Below, piece after piece: positions 32,175-40,540 of a stretch of DNA of 64,000 nt (its first letter is position 1; every line of letters begins with the position of its first letter). This stretch comes from Escherichia phage BP32. The stretch lies in the sequence record OR906198.1, one strand, 5' to 3'. Position numbers and translations under genes: made by a program. The notes under the pieces were generated by a model. The model saw nothing but the letters and a program-made list of their open reading frames with translations. It made no database searches and had not been told where the DNA came from.

Positions 32175-32433
32175 AGACATTAAGGGTTATAAGCCACATA
32201 CTGAAGAGAAAATCGGTAAAGTGAATGCTATCAAAGACGCTGAAGTTCGTTTAGGACTTATCTTTGATGCTTTATATGATGAATTCTGGGAAGCACTAGA
32301 TAATTGTGAAGACTGCGAACTCACAAAGAATTATGCTGAAAGCCTCGATCAGTTAACTATTGCTAAAACGAAACTCAAAGAAGCCAGTATGTGGGCTTGT
32401 CGTGCTGTGTTCCAACCAGAGGAAAAATATTAA
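32167..32433 (+). CDS. hypothetical protein
   Basis: 88 aa from ATG 32167 behind GAGGAAG RBS. Confidence 0.5.
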   Translation: MIEDIKGYKPHTEEKIGKVNAIKDAEVRLGLIFDALYDEFWEALDNCEDCELTKNYAESLDQLTIAKTKLKEASMWACRAVFQPEEKY

Positions 32434-32711
32434 TGGCTCAATTAAGCGCAGGGTTTGGTTATGAGTATTATACTGCCCCTCGTCGTGTATCTGTCGCTCC
32501 TAAGAAAATTCAAAGTCTTGATGACTTCCAAGAAGTAGTCCGTAAAGCTTTCCAGGACTACGCACGTTATCTTAAAGAAGATTCACAGGACTGTCTCGAA
32601 GAAGATGAAATTGCTTACTATGAGCAGCGTCTTGAACAGCTTAAAAACCTACATGAGGTTCGTGCAGAAGTTTCAAAGTCTATGAATAAATTGATTAGAT
32701 TTAAAGAATAA
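32433..32711 (+). CDS. hypothetical acidic protein
   Basis: 92 aa from ATG 32433 behind AGAGGAAAA RBS, TAATG coupling. Confidence 0.55.
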   Translation: MAQLSAGFGYEYYTAPRRVSVAPKKIQSLDDFQEVVRKAFQDYARYLKEDSQDCLEEDEIAYYEQRLEQLKNLHEVRAEVSKSMNKLIRFKE

Positions 32712-32714
32712 CTG

Positions 32715-32743
32715 TTTACTTTTCCTCTTGACTGTGGTATAAT
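32715..32743 (+). promoter_or_regulatory. T4-type early promoter
   Basis: -35 TTTACT, 17-bp spacer, -10 TATAAT with TGG extension; upstream of regB. Confidence 0.65.
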
Positions 32744-32770
32744 TTTTCTATCAGTTAAGAGGAGAATAAC

Positions 32771-33232
32771 ATGACTATCAACACAGAAGTTTTTATCCGT
32801 CGAAATAAGCTCCGTCGTCACTTTGAGTCGGAGTTTCGTCAAATTAACAATGAGATTCGTGAGGCATCAAAAGCAGCAGGGGTCTCATCGTTTCATCTAA
32901 AATATTCTCAGCATCTTCTTGATCGTGCAATTCAACGGGAGATTGATGAGACATATGTTTTTGAATTATTCCATAAAATAAAAGACCATGTTTTAGAAGT
33001 TAATGAATTTCTGAGTATGCCTCCGCGTCCTGACATTGATGAGGATTTTATTGATGGGGTTGAATATCGTCCTGGACGTTTAGAAATCACAGATGGAAAT
33101 CTTTGGCTTGGATTTACAGTTTGTAAACCTAATGAGAAGTTCAAAGACCCGTCACTTCAGTGCAGGATGGCAATCATCAACAGTCGTCGTTTACCAGGAA
33201 AGGCTTCTAAAGCAGTAATTAAAACTCAATGA
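32771..33232 (+). CDS. regB: RegB endoribonuclease
   Basis: 153-aa ORF at T4 regB length behind GGAGAAT RBS. Confidence 0.8.
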   Translation: MTINTEVFIRRNKLRRHFESEFRQINNEIREASKAAGVSSFHLKYSQHLLDRAIQREIDETYVFELFHKIKDHVLEVNEFLSMPPRPDIDEDFIDGVEYRPGRLEITDGNLWLGFTVCKPNEKFKDPSLQCRMAIINSRRLPGKASKAVIKTQ

Positions 33233-33239
33233 GGTAAGC

Positions 33240-33785
33240 ATGAGAAAAGCACTACTCGCTGGTCTATTGGCCATTTCTATGATGGCACATAGCTCCGAGC
33301 ATACTTTCAGTAATGTCCAACTCGATAACATGCGTTACGCGTATCAATTCGGGGAACAATTTTCTAAGGATGGAAAATATAAAACACACAAAAATATCCA
33401 CAAGAGCGGATTGGGTCATATAATGGCTGCTATTTTATGGCAAGAAAGCTCTGCCGGAGTTAATTTAAAATCTAAACCAAAGCATCATGCCTATGGAATG
33501 TTCCAAAATTATTTGCCTACTATGCGAGCAAGAGTTAAGGAACTTGGTTATAATATGACCGATGCTGAAATAAAAAGAATGTTGAATAAACGGTCCAATT
33601 CAGCTTCCTGGGCGTACATTGAACTTTCTTATTGGTTAAATATACATAAGGGCGATATAAGAAAGGCGATATCCTCTTATAATTCGGGATGGAATGTTAA
33701 AGCAGGTTCTAAATATGCTTCTGAAGTCCTAGAAAAGGCTAATTACCTTAAAAATAATAAACTTTTGGAAATAGTAAATGACTAA
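33240..33785 (+). CDS. secreted lytic transglycosylase (SLT domain)
   Basis: signal peptide MRKALLAGLLAISMMAHS; SLT motifs WQESS, YGMFQ, SYNSGW. Confidence 0.7.
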   Translation: MRKALLAGLLAISMMAHSSEHTFSNVQLDNMRYAYQFGEQFSKDGKYKTHKNIHKSGLGHIMAAILWQESSAGVNLKSKPKHHAYGMFQNYLPTMRARVKELGYNMTDAEIKRMLNKRSNSASWAYIELSYWLNIHKGDIRKAISSYNSGWNVKAGSKYASEVLEKANYLKNNKLLEIVND

Positions 33786-34119
33786 AATTTTGGTTTTATG
33801 TATAGGATTAATTTCATTTTCTGCGTTAGCAAATACATCATACACTGAAATTAGAGAGTATGTAAACCGTACTGCCGCGGATTATTGTGGGAAAAATAAA
33901 GCATGTCAAGCCGAATTTGCGCAGAAATTAATATATGCATATAAAGATGGAGAAAGAGATAAATCAAGTAGATACAAAAATGATACATTGTTAAAACGAT
34001 ATGCTAAAAAGTGGAATACCTTAGAATGTTCAGTTGCGGAGGAGAAAGATAAAGCCGCCTGTCATTCAATGGTTGACCGTTTGGTAGATTCTTATAATCG
34101 AGGATTGAGTACTAGATGA
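33778..34119 (+). CDS. small secreted protein
   Basis: 113 aa with signal peptide MTKILVLCIGLISFSALA and four Cys; overlaps SLT gene end. Confidence 0.6.
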   Translation: MTKILVLCIGLISFSALANTSYTEIREYVNRTAADYCGKNKACQAEFAQKLIYAYKDGERDKSSRYKNDTLLKRYAKKWNTLECSVAEEKDKAACHSMVDRLVDSYNRGLSTR

Positions 34120-34595
34120 TTGTAAAATATATCAAGGGCGATATTGTCGCCCTATTTCTTCAAGGTAATATTATTGCGCACGGGTGCAATTGTTTTCATA
34201 CAATGGGCTCTGGCGTAGCAGGTCAATTAGCAAGAGCCTATCCCAAAATTTTAGAAATAGATAAAACCACTACTGAGTACGGTTCTCGTGATAAATTAGG
34301 CGATATGTCTATTGTTTTTAAACATAATCCTACGGGATTTGGTATATGCTATAACTTGTATACGCAATACGAACCGGGTCCTAATCTTGATTATGGTGCT
34401 TTAGTAAACTGCATGATAGAATTAAATCTACAGGCAGAGACCCTTTTGTTTAAACCAGTAATTTATATTCCACGCATAGGTTGTGGTATTGCTGGTGGTG
34501 ATTGGGATAAGGTTTCTAAATTAATCGACATGTTTACTCCTGATATTGATTTAATAGTGGTGGATTATGAAAGTACATTACCCGCATCCGTTTGA
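34116..34595 (+). CDS. macro-domain protein (ADP-ribose binding/processing)
   Basis: 159 aa; N-terminus IKGDIVALFLQGNIIAHGCNCFHTMGSGVAGQL matches macro-domain glycine-rich pattern. Confidence 0.7.
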   Translation: MIVKYIKGDIVALFLQGNIIAHGCNCFHTMGSGVAGQLARAYPKILEIDKTTTEYGSRDKLGDMSIVFKHNPTGFGICYNLYTQYEPGPNLDYGALVNCMIELNLQAETLLFKPVIYIPRIGCGIAGGDWDKVSKLIDMFTPDIDLIVVDYESTLPASV

Positions 34596-34779
34596 TCCTA
34601 AAAACAAAGTGGAAATTATTCGTCAATGGGAACGCATTTGCCGTACTAAATGTCCAATTAATAGTCCTCATGATGTAGATAAAGACTATATAGGAACATT
34701 CGTTGAATATACCTTTATTGATAAGAAAGGTCGTAAACAGCACGTAGAAGAATATTGCTTAAAGGTTACATGGTTATGA
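34567..34779 (+). CDS. hypothetical small protein
   Basis: 70-aa ORF overlapping neighbours. Confidence 0.45.
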   Translation: MKVHYPHPFDPKNKVEIIRQWERICRTKCPINSPHDVDKDYIGTFVEYTFIDKKGRKQHVEEYCLKVTWL

Positions 34780-34982
34780 GCCAAACTAGTATTCTTAAAA
34801 ATGCTCATTGTGAAAAGTGTAAATGGCCGGTTGTTTTTGCTTTATGTAATGATGAAATGGCTTGTGATTTCGATTATTGGTGCTATTGTTCTAATAAAGG
34901 ATGCATCAATCATAAAGGTGAAGGATTTTATTCAGGATTTTATCCTTATCCTGATTTCGTTAAAGAAGGTAAACCAAAATGA
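34770..34982 (+). CDS. Cys-rich small protein (zinc-ribbon-like)
   Basis: about 71 aa with CEKC...C...CYC...C pattern; start uncertain (ATG 34755/34770/34776). Confidence 0.45.
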   Translation: MVMSQTSILKNAHCEKCKWPVVFALCNDEMACDFDYWCYCSNKGCINHKGEGFYSGFYPYPDFVKEGKPK

Positions 34983-35155
34983 ATGATGATTTAAAATATC
35001 AATTATTACGTGAACTTGATGTTTTGATTGAACTTTCTGCACAAAAAGGATTTATAATTGGATCGGGTCAAAAAGACCCCAACGGTCATTCAATCGTAGC
35101 GGTTATGAATCAGAAACGAGTCATTTTAAAACTTTTGGGGATTGACATACTGTGA
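34979..35155 (+). CDS. hypothetical small protein
   Basis: 58-aa ORF (below ORF-track cutoff), ATGA-coupled. Confidence 0.35.
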   Translation: MNDDLKYQLLRELDVLIELSAQKGFIIGSGQKDPNGHSIVAVMNQKRVILKLLGIDIL

Positions 35156-35337
35156 GCCTAAGCAAAGAACAAAAAGATAAATTGTTTGAGCTTATCCATG
35201 AACTTCTAGATGAGCATACAGAAGCAAACACCTTTTATGATGAATACGGCCCGCTATCTCCCGAACAGCAGGAAGAATTTGCTGATCGGTTTGATAAGAA
35301 AGAAAATGAATTAATAGCTTATGTGAATACGCTTTAA
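35152..35337 (+). CDS. hypothetical acidic small protein
   Basis: 61-aa ORF with GTG start overlapping previous stop. Confidence 0.4.
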   Translation: MSLSKEQKDKLFELIHELLDEHTEANTFYDEYGPLSPEQQEEFADRFDKKENELIAYVNTL

Positions 35338-35346
35338 GAAGGTGAT

Positions 35347-35928
35347 ATGGCGAGTTTAATTTTTACTTATGCAGCAATGAATGCTGGAAAATCTGCTTCT
35401 CTTTTGACTGCTGCGCATAATTATAAAGAACGTGGAATGAGTGTATTAGTTCTTAAGCCTGCTATTGATACTCGCGATTCTGTCTGTGAAGTCGTTTCTC
35501 GCATTGGAATTAAGCAGGAAGCGAATATTATTACGGATGATATGGATATTTTTGAGTTTTATAAATGGGCTGAAGCACAAAAAGATATTCATTGCGTATT
35601 TGTAGATGAAGCTCAGTTTTTAAAAACTGAACAGGTGCATCAATTAAGCCGAATTGTCGATACATATAATGTTCCTGTTATGGCTTATGGACTAAGGACT
35701 GATTTCGCTGGAAAATTATTTGAAGGTTCTAAAGAACTTTTGGCGATTGCAGATAAACTTATTGAACTAAAGGCAGTTTGTCATTGTGGTAAAAAAGCGA
35801 TTATGACAGCTCGATTAATGGAAGATGGAACACCAGTTAAAGAAGGTAATCAAATTTGTATTGGTGATGAAATTTATGTTTCTTTGTGTAGAAAACATTG
35901 GAATGAATTAACTAAAAAGCTCGGTTAG
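35347..35928 (+). CDS. tk: thymidine kinase
   Basis: 193 aa; P-loop NAGKSASLL; T4 Tk length. Confidence 0.9.
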   Translation: MASLIFTYAAMNAGKSASLLTAAHNYKERGMSVLVLKPAIDTRDSVCEVVSRIGIKQEANIITDDMDIFEFYKWAEAQKDIHCVFVDEAQFLKTEQVHQLSRIVDTYNVPVMAYGLRTDFAGKLFEGSKELLAIADKLIELKAVCHCGKKAIMTARLMEDGTPVKEGNQICIGDEIYVSLCRKHWNELTKKLG

Positions 35929-35937
35929 TGCAAAAGT

Positions 35938-35945
35938 TATAAATA
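35938..35945 (+). promoter_or_regulatory. late promoter (TATAAATA)
   Basis: exact TATAAATA 25 nt upstream of ORF 35971, ahead of rI. Confidence 0.45.
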
Positions 35946-35970
35946 GGTTTATCTAACTAAAGGGGTATAT

Positions 35971-36183
35971 ATGCTACAATTAACTGAAAAGCAACTTCGC
36001 AATCTTACTGTTCTTCAATTAGATGAAATTCGTAGGGAAGTTGGAAATATCATTTCAGCTTTGCGTCGAGAAGTATCACTCAACCAATCTCCGGCAGACT
36101 ATACTAGATTGCGAAATTTTGAAAAATACCTTGATAAAGTTAAGGCCGTGCATCGGCATAAAGTAAATACAGGACAAAAATGA
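35971..36183 (+). CDS. hypothetical protein
   Basis: 70-aa ORF behind AAGGGG RBS. Confidence 0.55.
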
Positions 36184-36195
36184 TAGGAGGCCTTT

Positions 36196-36489
36196 ATGGC
36201 CTTAAAAGCAACGGCACTATTTGCCATGCTAGGATTAGCGTTTGCTTTATCTCCACCAATTGAAGCGAATGTCGATCCTCATTTTGATAAATTTATGGAA
36301 TCTGGTATTAGACATGTTTATATGCTTTTTGAAAATAAAAGCGTAGAATCATCTGAACAGTTCTATAGTTTTATGCGAACGACCTATAAAAATGACCCGT
36401 GCTCTTCCGATTTTGAATGTATAGAACGAGGCGCGGAGATGGCACAATCATACGCTAGAATTATGAACATTAAATTGGAGACTGAATGA
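36196..36489 (+). CDS. rI: lysis inhibition regulator RI
   Basis: 97 aa with N-terminal signal-anchor (MALKATALFAMLGLAFALSPPIEA); T4 RI length and position near tk. Confidence 0.8.
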   Translation: MALKATALFAMLGLAFALSPPIEANVDPHFDKFMESGIRHVYMLFENKSVESSEQFYSFMRTTYKNDPCSSDFECIERGAEMAQSYARIMNIKLETE

Positions 36490-36872
36490 AATTCAGCGAC
36501 TTTTCACAAAGTGGAAAACCTTCAAAGGCAGATGAATATTTAGGTTTATTAATGGCTGCGCAAGCTTATTTTCATTCTGCGCATTTTGAAACTAAAAGTT
36601 ATGCTAGACACAAAGCATACGATTTTATTTTCTCTGAGTTGCCAGATTTGATTGACAAATTTGGTGAGCAGTATTTGGGGTATTCTGGTAGAAAATACAC
36701 ACCTTCAATTCCAGATGCTAGTAAACTTCCTACCGACACAATTAAAATGATTGATCGTATACTAGACCAATCTAACAGCATTTATAAAGAAATGCCTCCA
36801 GCCATTCAAAGCACGATAGATGATATTACTGGGATGTTTTACCAGAGTAAATATCTTCTTTCCCTCGAATAA
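36486..36872 (+). CDS. hypothetical protein (rI-adjacent)
   Basis: 128-aa ORF, ATGA-coupled to rI. Confidence 0.6.
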   Translation: MKFSDFSQSGKPSKADEYLGLLMAAQAYFHSAHFETKSYARHKAYDFIFSELPDLIDKFGEQYLGYSGRKYTPSIPDASKLPTDTIKMIDRILDQSNSIYKEMPPAIQSTIDDITGMFYQSKYLLSLE

Positions 36873-36876
36873 CATT

Positions 36877-36899
36877 AGTCTCCTTCGGGAGACTTTTTT
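36877..36899 (+). terminator. intrinsic terminator
   Basis: AGTCTCC-TTCG-GGAGACT stem-loop followed by TTTTTT. Confidence 0.7.
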
Positions 36900-36910
36900 C
36901 ATTTTACCGG

Positions 36911-36939
36911 TTTACTTTCCATTTGAGCTGTGATACTAT
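36911..36939 (+). promoter_or_regulatory. T4-type early promoter
   Basis: -35 TTTACT, 17-bp spacer, -10 TACTAT. Confidence 0.65.
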
Positions 36940-36967
36940 ACAACCATCGGATAAAGAGGAGAACATC

Positions 36968-37156
36968 ATGAAAATTGAAGCACTCAATCAAGAAGGAAAT
37001 ATCTACGTCATCATTAATGGTGATTTTTTCGTCGACATGGATGAAGTTACTAGTGAAGAACTTGTAGAACTTCTTAAGAAACGTTATGATATGTGTGATG
37101 AAGCTGCAACTCACATGGCGTGTGCAATATTCTCTCTTTCATATGTGGTGGAATAA
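36968..37156 (+). CDS. hypothetical small acidic protein
   Basis: 62 aa from ATG 36968 behind AAAGAGGAGAA RBS. Confidence 0.5.
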   Translation: MKIEALNQEGNIYVIINGDFFVDMDEVTSEELVELLKKRYDMCDEAATHMACAIFSLSYVVE

Positions 37157-37359
37157 TGATTAGTATTGAACAAGCAGATAAAATTAAAGAATTGGTAGCT
37201 TTAATTCGCAAAGCAGATGAGGAACTTAGTGACTTTGCTTGGTTTTCGTCAGGCATTGCAAATAAAGGTATTGAAGAATTTGAAGCTAAAGTTGATAATG
37301 CTGTAGAAGCTTTAGATATGTTTCTTGATGAAATTATCGATCACAATACGAGAGTTTAA
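37156..37359 (+). CDS. hypothetical small protein
   Basis: 68 aa from ATG 37156, TAATG coupling. Confidence 0.5.
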   Translation: MISIEQADKIKELVALIRKADEELSDFAWFSSGIANKGIEEFEAKVDNAVEALDMFLDEIIDHNTRV

Positions 37360-37361
37360 GT

Positions 37362-37556
37362 ATGCTGACACACGAACAGTTTGAAAAAATCATTAAATTA
37401 GCACGTGATGTTGAAATAGATTCATATCAATTAGCAGTTGAGCACTGTGAAGGATATTCATACGAAGGTATAGCAGCAGCTAAAAAGGATTTGGATAAAT
37501 CTAAAGCTAAGTTAGTTCAATATCTTGAAATGATTAGGTGGAATAATGAAAACTGA
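37362..37556 (+). CDS. hypothetical small protein
   Basis: 64-aa ORF. Confidence 0.5.
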   Translation: MLTHEQFEKIIKLARDVEIDSYQLAVEHCEGYSYEGIAAAKKDLDKSKAKLVQYLEMIRWNNEN

Positions 37557-37719
37557 AAAGCAGATGTTTTTAATGAAGCTAATTGAAGAATATGCTAATG
37601 CAGTTTCTGACTATGAGTATTCTGCTCGGGAAAGAGGTACAGCTTTCGCAAAGGAAGAAATGAAAATCATGGTTGATGCTCACACAAAACTCCAGAATTT
37701 TATTGAAAACGTCATTTAA
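37546..37719 (+). CDS. hypothetical small protein
   Basis: 57-aa ORF (below ORF-track cutoff) overlapping previous stop. Confidence 0.4.
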   Translation: MKTEKQMFLMKLIEEYANAVSDYEYSARERGTAFAKEEMKIMVDAHTKLQNFIENVI

Positions 37720-37722
37720 TGG

Positions 37723-37751
37723 TTTACAAGTTGGCAAGGTTATGGTATAGT
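37723..37751 (+). promoter_or_regulatory. T4-type early promoter
   Basis: -35 TTTACA, 17-bp spacer, -10 TATAGT with TGG extension. Confidence 0.6.
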
Positions 37752-37779
37752 AATCTTGTCAACTGTCAAGGAGAAGAGA

Positions 37780-37884
37780 ATGAAAGTTTTGTTTGTTGTG
37801 TATGTGATGATTCAATATAATTACCCAATGTTTACTTATAATCTGGTGAACAACATTATTGATATTATTCAAAGGAGTATGTAA
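37780..37884 (+). CDS. candidate 34-aa hydrophobic leader peptide
   Basis: ATG 37780 behind AAGGAGAAGAGA RBS; MKVLFVVYVMIQYNYPMFTYNLVNNIIDIIQRSM; its 3' end carries the RBS of the next gene. Confidence 0.35.
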   Translation: MKVLFVVYVMIQYNYPMFTYNLVNNIIDIIQRSM

Positions 37885-37886
37885 TT

Positions 37887-38441
37887 GTGAGTGAGTCGAA
37901 GAGAATCAATATGAAACGATTAGTATTAGAAGTTAGTCCGCTTTTTGGTGAATTGGCTATAGAAAAAGTAAATAACATGTATCGTTTGACGCAAGAAGAC
38001 GATATGCTATATTTTACGCCTAGTGAAATCATTCATTTAACCCAAATTGAATATCCTTATACCGATAAAATAGTAAGCATCAATGATGAGCATAAAATTC
38101 ATTTTTGTTCTTTATGCTCGGGATTTAGTATTAAAAGTGAGTCAATATGCTTATCAATTGATAATTGGGATAATTTTATAACTAAGATTAAATATTTTTA
38201 TTATTCTAATGAAAGGAAACATAGTTTAAAATGGTTTAAAAAATGTAATGCTATTATTACTAACACTTGCAATCAGAACGGTGAAACTATTTTAAACGTA
38301 TCAAAATGTTATGAAGATGGAGATGTCTTAACTATTCGTCAATCGGTAAATGATGTTAATGTTGTTGTATTAAACAAAGAAGAAGCTGTTTTATTAAAGA
38401 CTTATCTTGATTCTGTCATTCCAACTATGATTTCAAAGTGA
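37887..38441 (+). CDS. hypothetical protein, paralog of 38448 product
   Basis: 184 aa (GTG start 9 nt after AAAGGAG; alternative ATG 37911); C-terminal region aligns with the next ORF. Confidence 0.6.
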   Translation: MSESKRINMKRLVLEVSPLFGELAIEKVNNMYRLTQEDDMLYFTPSEIIHLTQIEYPYTDKIVSINDEHKIHFCSLCSGFSIKSESICLSIDNWDNFITKIKYFYYSNERKHSLKWFKKCNAIITNTCNQNGETILNVSKCYEDGDVLTIRQSVNDVNVVVLNKEEAVLLKTYLDSVIPTMISK

Positions 38442-38447
38442 GGAAAT

Positions 38448-38969
38448 ATGTTTATTTCAAGTGGAAGTGGTTTAATTCGTGTTGAATTTAAAAATGACAT
38501 CTTCCTTATTCAAGGAGATGATATTATTAAAATGAGTTATGACGAAATCAAGAAAATTTGTCACGCTCTTGAAAGTCATGGAAAGGAAAATGCTACTATC
38601 GATATAGGTGATTTATGGGTAACGCTTTATGAAGTATCCGAAGGATTTAACATTGAAGATGAAAATAACATTTTAGCTATTGATAAAAGGACCGATTTGT
38701 TTGATGTGTTAAAAGTTTATGAACAGTCAAACGGTGGAAGAAAAGCCGTATTGATTTATCAAAAACCGCATTCATGTGGAACTGCTTCAATCATTTCAAA
38801 TATTGAAGATGAAACTGATACCTATATGTGTGTTTTGAAAGCTGGTGGTGACCGTCATCCGGATTTTATTTCTATTCGTCAAAACAATGGAGAAATTTCA
38901 TTATCAAAATCAGAAGCTGAAGCTATGATTAAGTATTTAACAACTGTTACACCTTCAATGAAAGGATAA
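38448..38969 (+). CDS. hypothetical protein, paralog of 37887 product
   Basis: 173 aa behind GAGGAAAT RBS; shares C-terminal pattern with upstream ORF. Confidence 0.65.
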   Translation: MFISSGSGLIRVEFKNDIFLIQGDDIIKMSYDEIKKICHALESHGKENATIDIGDLWVTLYEVSEGFNIEDENNILAIDKRTDLFDVLKVYEQSNGGRKAVLIYQKPHSCGTASIISNIEDETDTYMCVLKAGGDRHPDFISIRQNNGEISLSKSEAEAMIKYLTTVTPSMKG

Positions 38970-38971
38970 TT

Positions 38972-39418
38972 ATGATTATTAATGAAAACTCTTGGCACGT
39001 TCGTATGCATGATTTCTTTTACTGGCAGCGTCCGAATTCTTTGTGTAAATATTTCTGGAAAATGGCGTGGACGTTCTTAGTTATCGGTGTTATTTGCACA
39101 TCGGGGCTATTAGGTAGTTGGGTGGTAGGACAAGCTATTTTAAGTCAATTTGGTGTTACAGGATTCTGGCTTCTACATGCAGGCGGAACCGTATTTGGTG
39201 TACTGATATTTGCTACGATTGTCATTATTGCAGTAGGTATAGCATATATTGTAGCTAAGATTTCAGGTTTATGGGAAGGAGTCAGGTATGATAGAGCGTG
39301 GAAGCGTCAACAAGACGAAGAAAACGGTATTGAACATCCTAAGAGTGTAATCGTTGAATACCTTAAAGCTAGTAAATCTAAAATCTGCCCTATGATAGAA
39401 TTTAAGGATGTTAAATGA
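38972..39418 (+). CDS. small membrane protein
   Basis: 148 aa with 2-3 predicted TM helices; ATGA-coupled to next gene. Confidence 0.65.
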   Translation: MIINENSWHVRMHDFFYWQRPNSLCKYFWKMAWTFLVIGVICTSGLLGSWVVGQAILSQFGVTGFWLLHAGGTVFGVLIFATIVIIAVGIAYIVAKISGLWEGVRYDRAWKRQQDEENGIEHPKSVIVEYLKASKSKICPMIEFKDVK

Positions 39419-40425
39419 AAACAGTAATGAAAAGCTATTTTGGTAGTCATCTTTATGGAACTTCTACTCCAGAATCTGATGTAGATTTCAAAGAAATCTT
39501 TGTTCCTCCTGCTCGCGACATTCTTATCGGAAATGTTAAAGAGCATATGAGTAAAAACACTAACAACACATCATCTAAAAACACTAAAGATGATATTGAC
39601 CATGAACTATACAGTCTTAAGTATTTCTTTAAATTAGCAGCAGATGGTGAAACTGTAGCATTGGATATGCTCCATACTCCACCTGAACTGGTAGTTAAAT
39701 CTGATTTGCCTGATGTATGGAAGTTTATTCAAGACAATCGTTCTCGTTTTTATACGACTAACATGAAATCCTATTTAGGATATGTCCGCAAGCAAGCTTC
39801 TAAATACGGTGTCAAGGGTTCTCGTTTGGCTGCATTGCGTGATGTATTGAAAGTAGTTAATCAAATCCCTGATCAGTGGGTTGATTATCAAGAAGACGGT
39901 TCCATTAAGCAACGTCGTACTAAAGTTGAAGATATTAAGCATCGTCTTCCAGAGAACGAGTTCTGTGAATGGGTGTTCCATAATCACGAGAAAACAGGCC
40001 CGCAAACGTTCTATACTGTGTTGGGTCGTAAATATCAGACAACGCTTTCTCTTATTGAGCTTAAGCAGTCACTGAACAAATTAGATGCTGAATACGGCGA
40101 ACGTGCTCGTAAGGCTGAAGCGAATGAGGGCATTGACTGGAAAGCTCTTAGTCATGCTTGCCGTGGTGGACTCCAACTATTGGAAATTTACAAAACTGGT
40201 GATTTGGTTTATCCACTCCAAGATGCTCCATTTATTCTCGACGTGAAGTTGGGTAAACATCCATTTAAAACTGTTCAAGAGTTTTTGGAAGATGTGGTCG
40301 ATCAAGTAGAAGCAGCATCCATTGAAGCTTCTAAGAACGGTATGCAGCAAAAAGTAGACATGAGTTTCTGGGATGACTTCCTTGAGAGGGTTTATCTTGA
40401 AAACCACCGAAGTTATTATAAATGA
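39415..40425 (+). CDS. predicted nucleotidyltransferase-fold protein (Pol-beta superfamily)
   Basis: 336 aa; N-terminal G-S-x9-S-D-V-D (FGSHLYGTSTPESDVDF) fits hG[GS]x9-13Dh[DE]h; candidate third acidic residue in VALDML. Confidence 0.6.
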   Translation: MKTVMKSYFGSHLYGTSTPESDVDFKEIFVPPARDILIGNVKEHMSKNTNNTSSKNTKDDIDHELYSLKYFFKLAADGETVALDMLHTPPELVVKSDLPDVWKFIQDNRSRFYTTNMKSYLGYVRKQASKYGVKGSRLAALRDVLKVVNQIPDQWVDYQEDGSIKQRRTKVEDIKHRLPENEFCEWVFHNHEKTGPQTFYTVLGRKYQTTLSLIELKQSLNKLDAEYGERARKAEANEGIDWKALSHACRGGLQLLEIYKTGDLVYPLQDAPFILDVKLGKHPFKTVQEFLEDVVDQVEAASIEASKNGMQQKVDMSFWDDFLERVYLENHRSYYK

Positions 40426-40428
40426 TAA

Positions 40429-40452
40429 GGGAGCCTTCGGGCTCCCTTTTTT
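40429..40452 (+). terminator. intrinsic terminator
   Basis: GGGAGCC-TTCG-GGCTCCC stem-loop followed by TTTTTT. Confidence 0.7.
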
Positions 40453-40477
40453 ATTTCAAAAATTTTTCATAAAACTG

Positions 40478-40506
40478 TTTACAAGCATAAAGCTTTATGG
40501 TACTAT
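40478..40506 (+). promoter_or_regulatory. T4-type early promoter
   Basis: -35 TTTACA, 17-bp spacer, -10 TACTAT; conserved GGTACTATACAACTATCAACT leader. Confidence 0.7.
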
Positions 40507-40540
40507 ACAACTATCAACTGATACGGATTTGGAGAATAAA

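Noticed and set aside
32433-32711. Possible Acb2-like (cyclic-dinucleotide sponge) identity for the 92-aa acidic ORF upstream of regB
   Set aside because: Only size and genomic context suggest it; I cannot recall the Acb2 sequence well enough to see a match, so left as hypothetical
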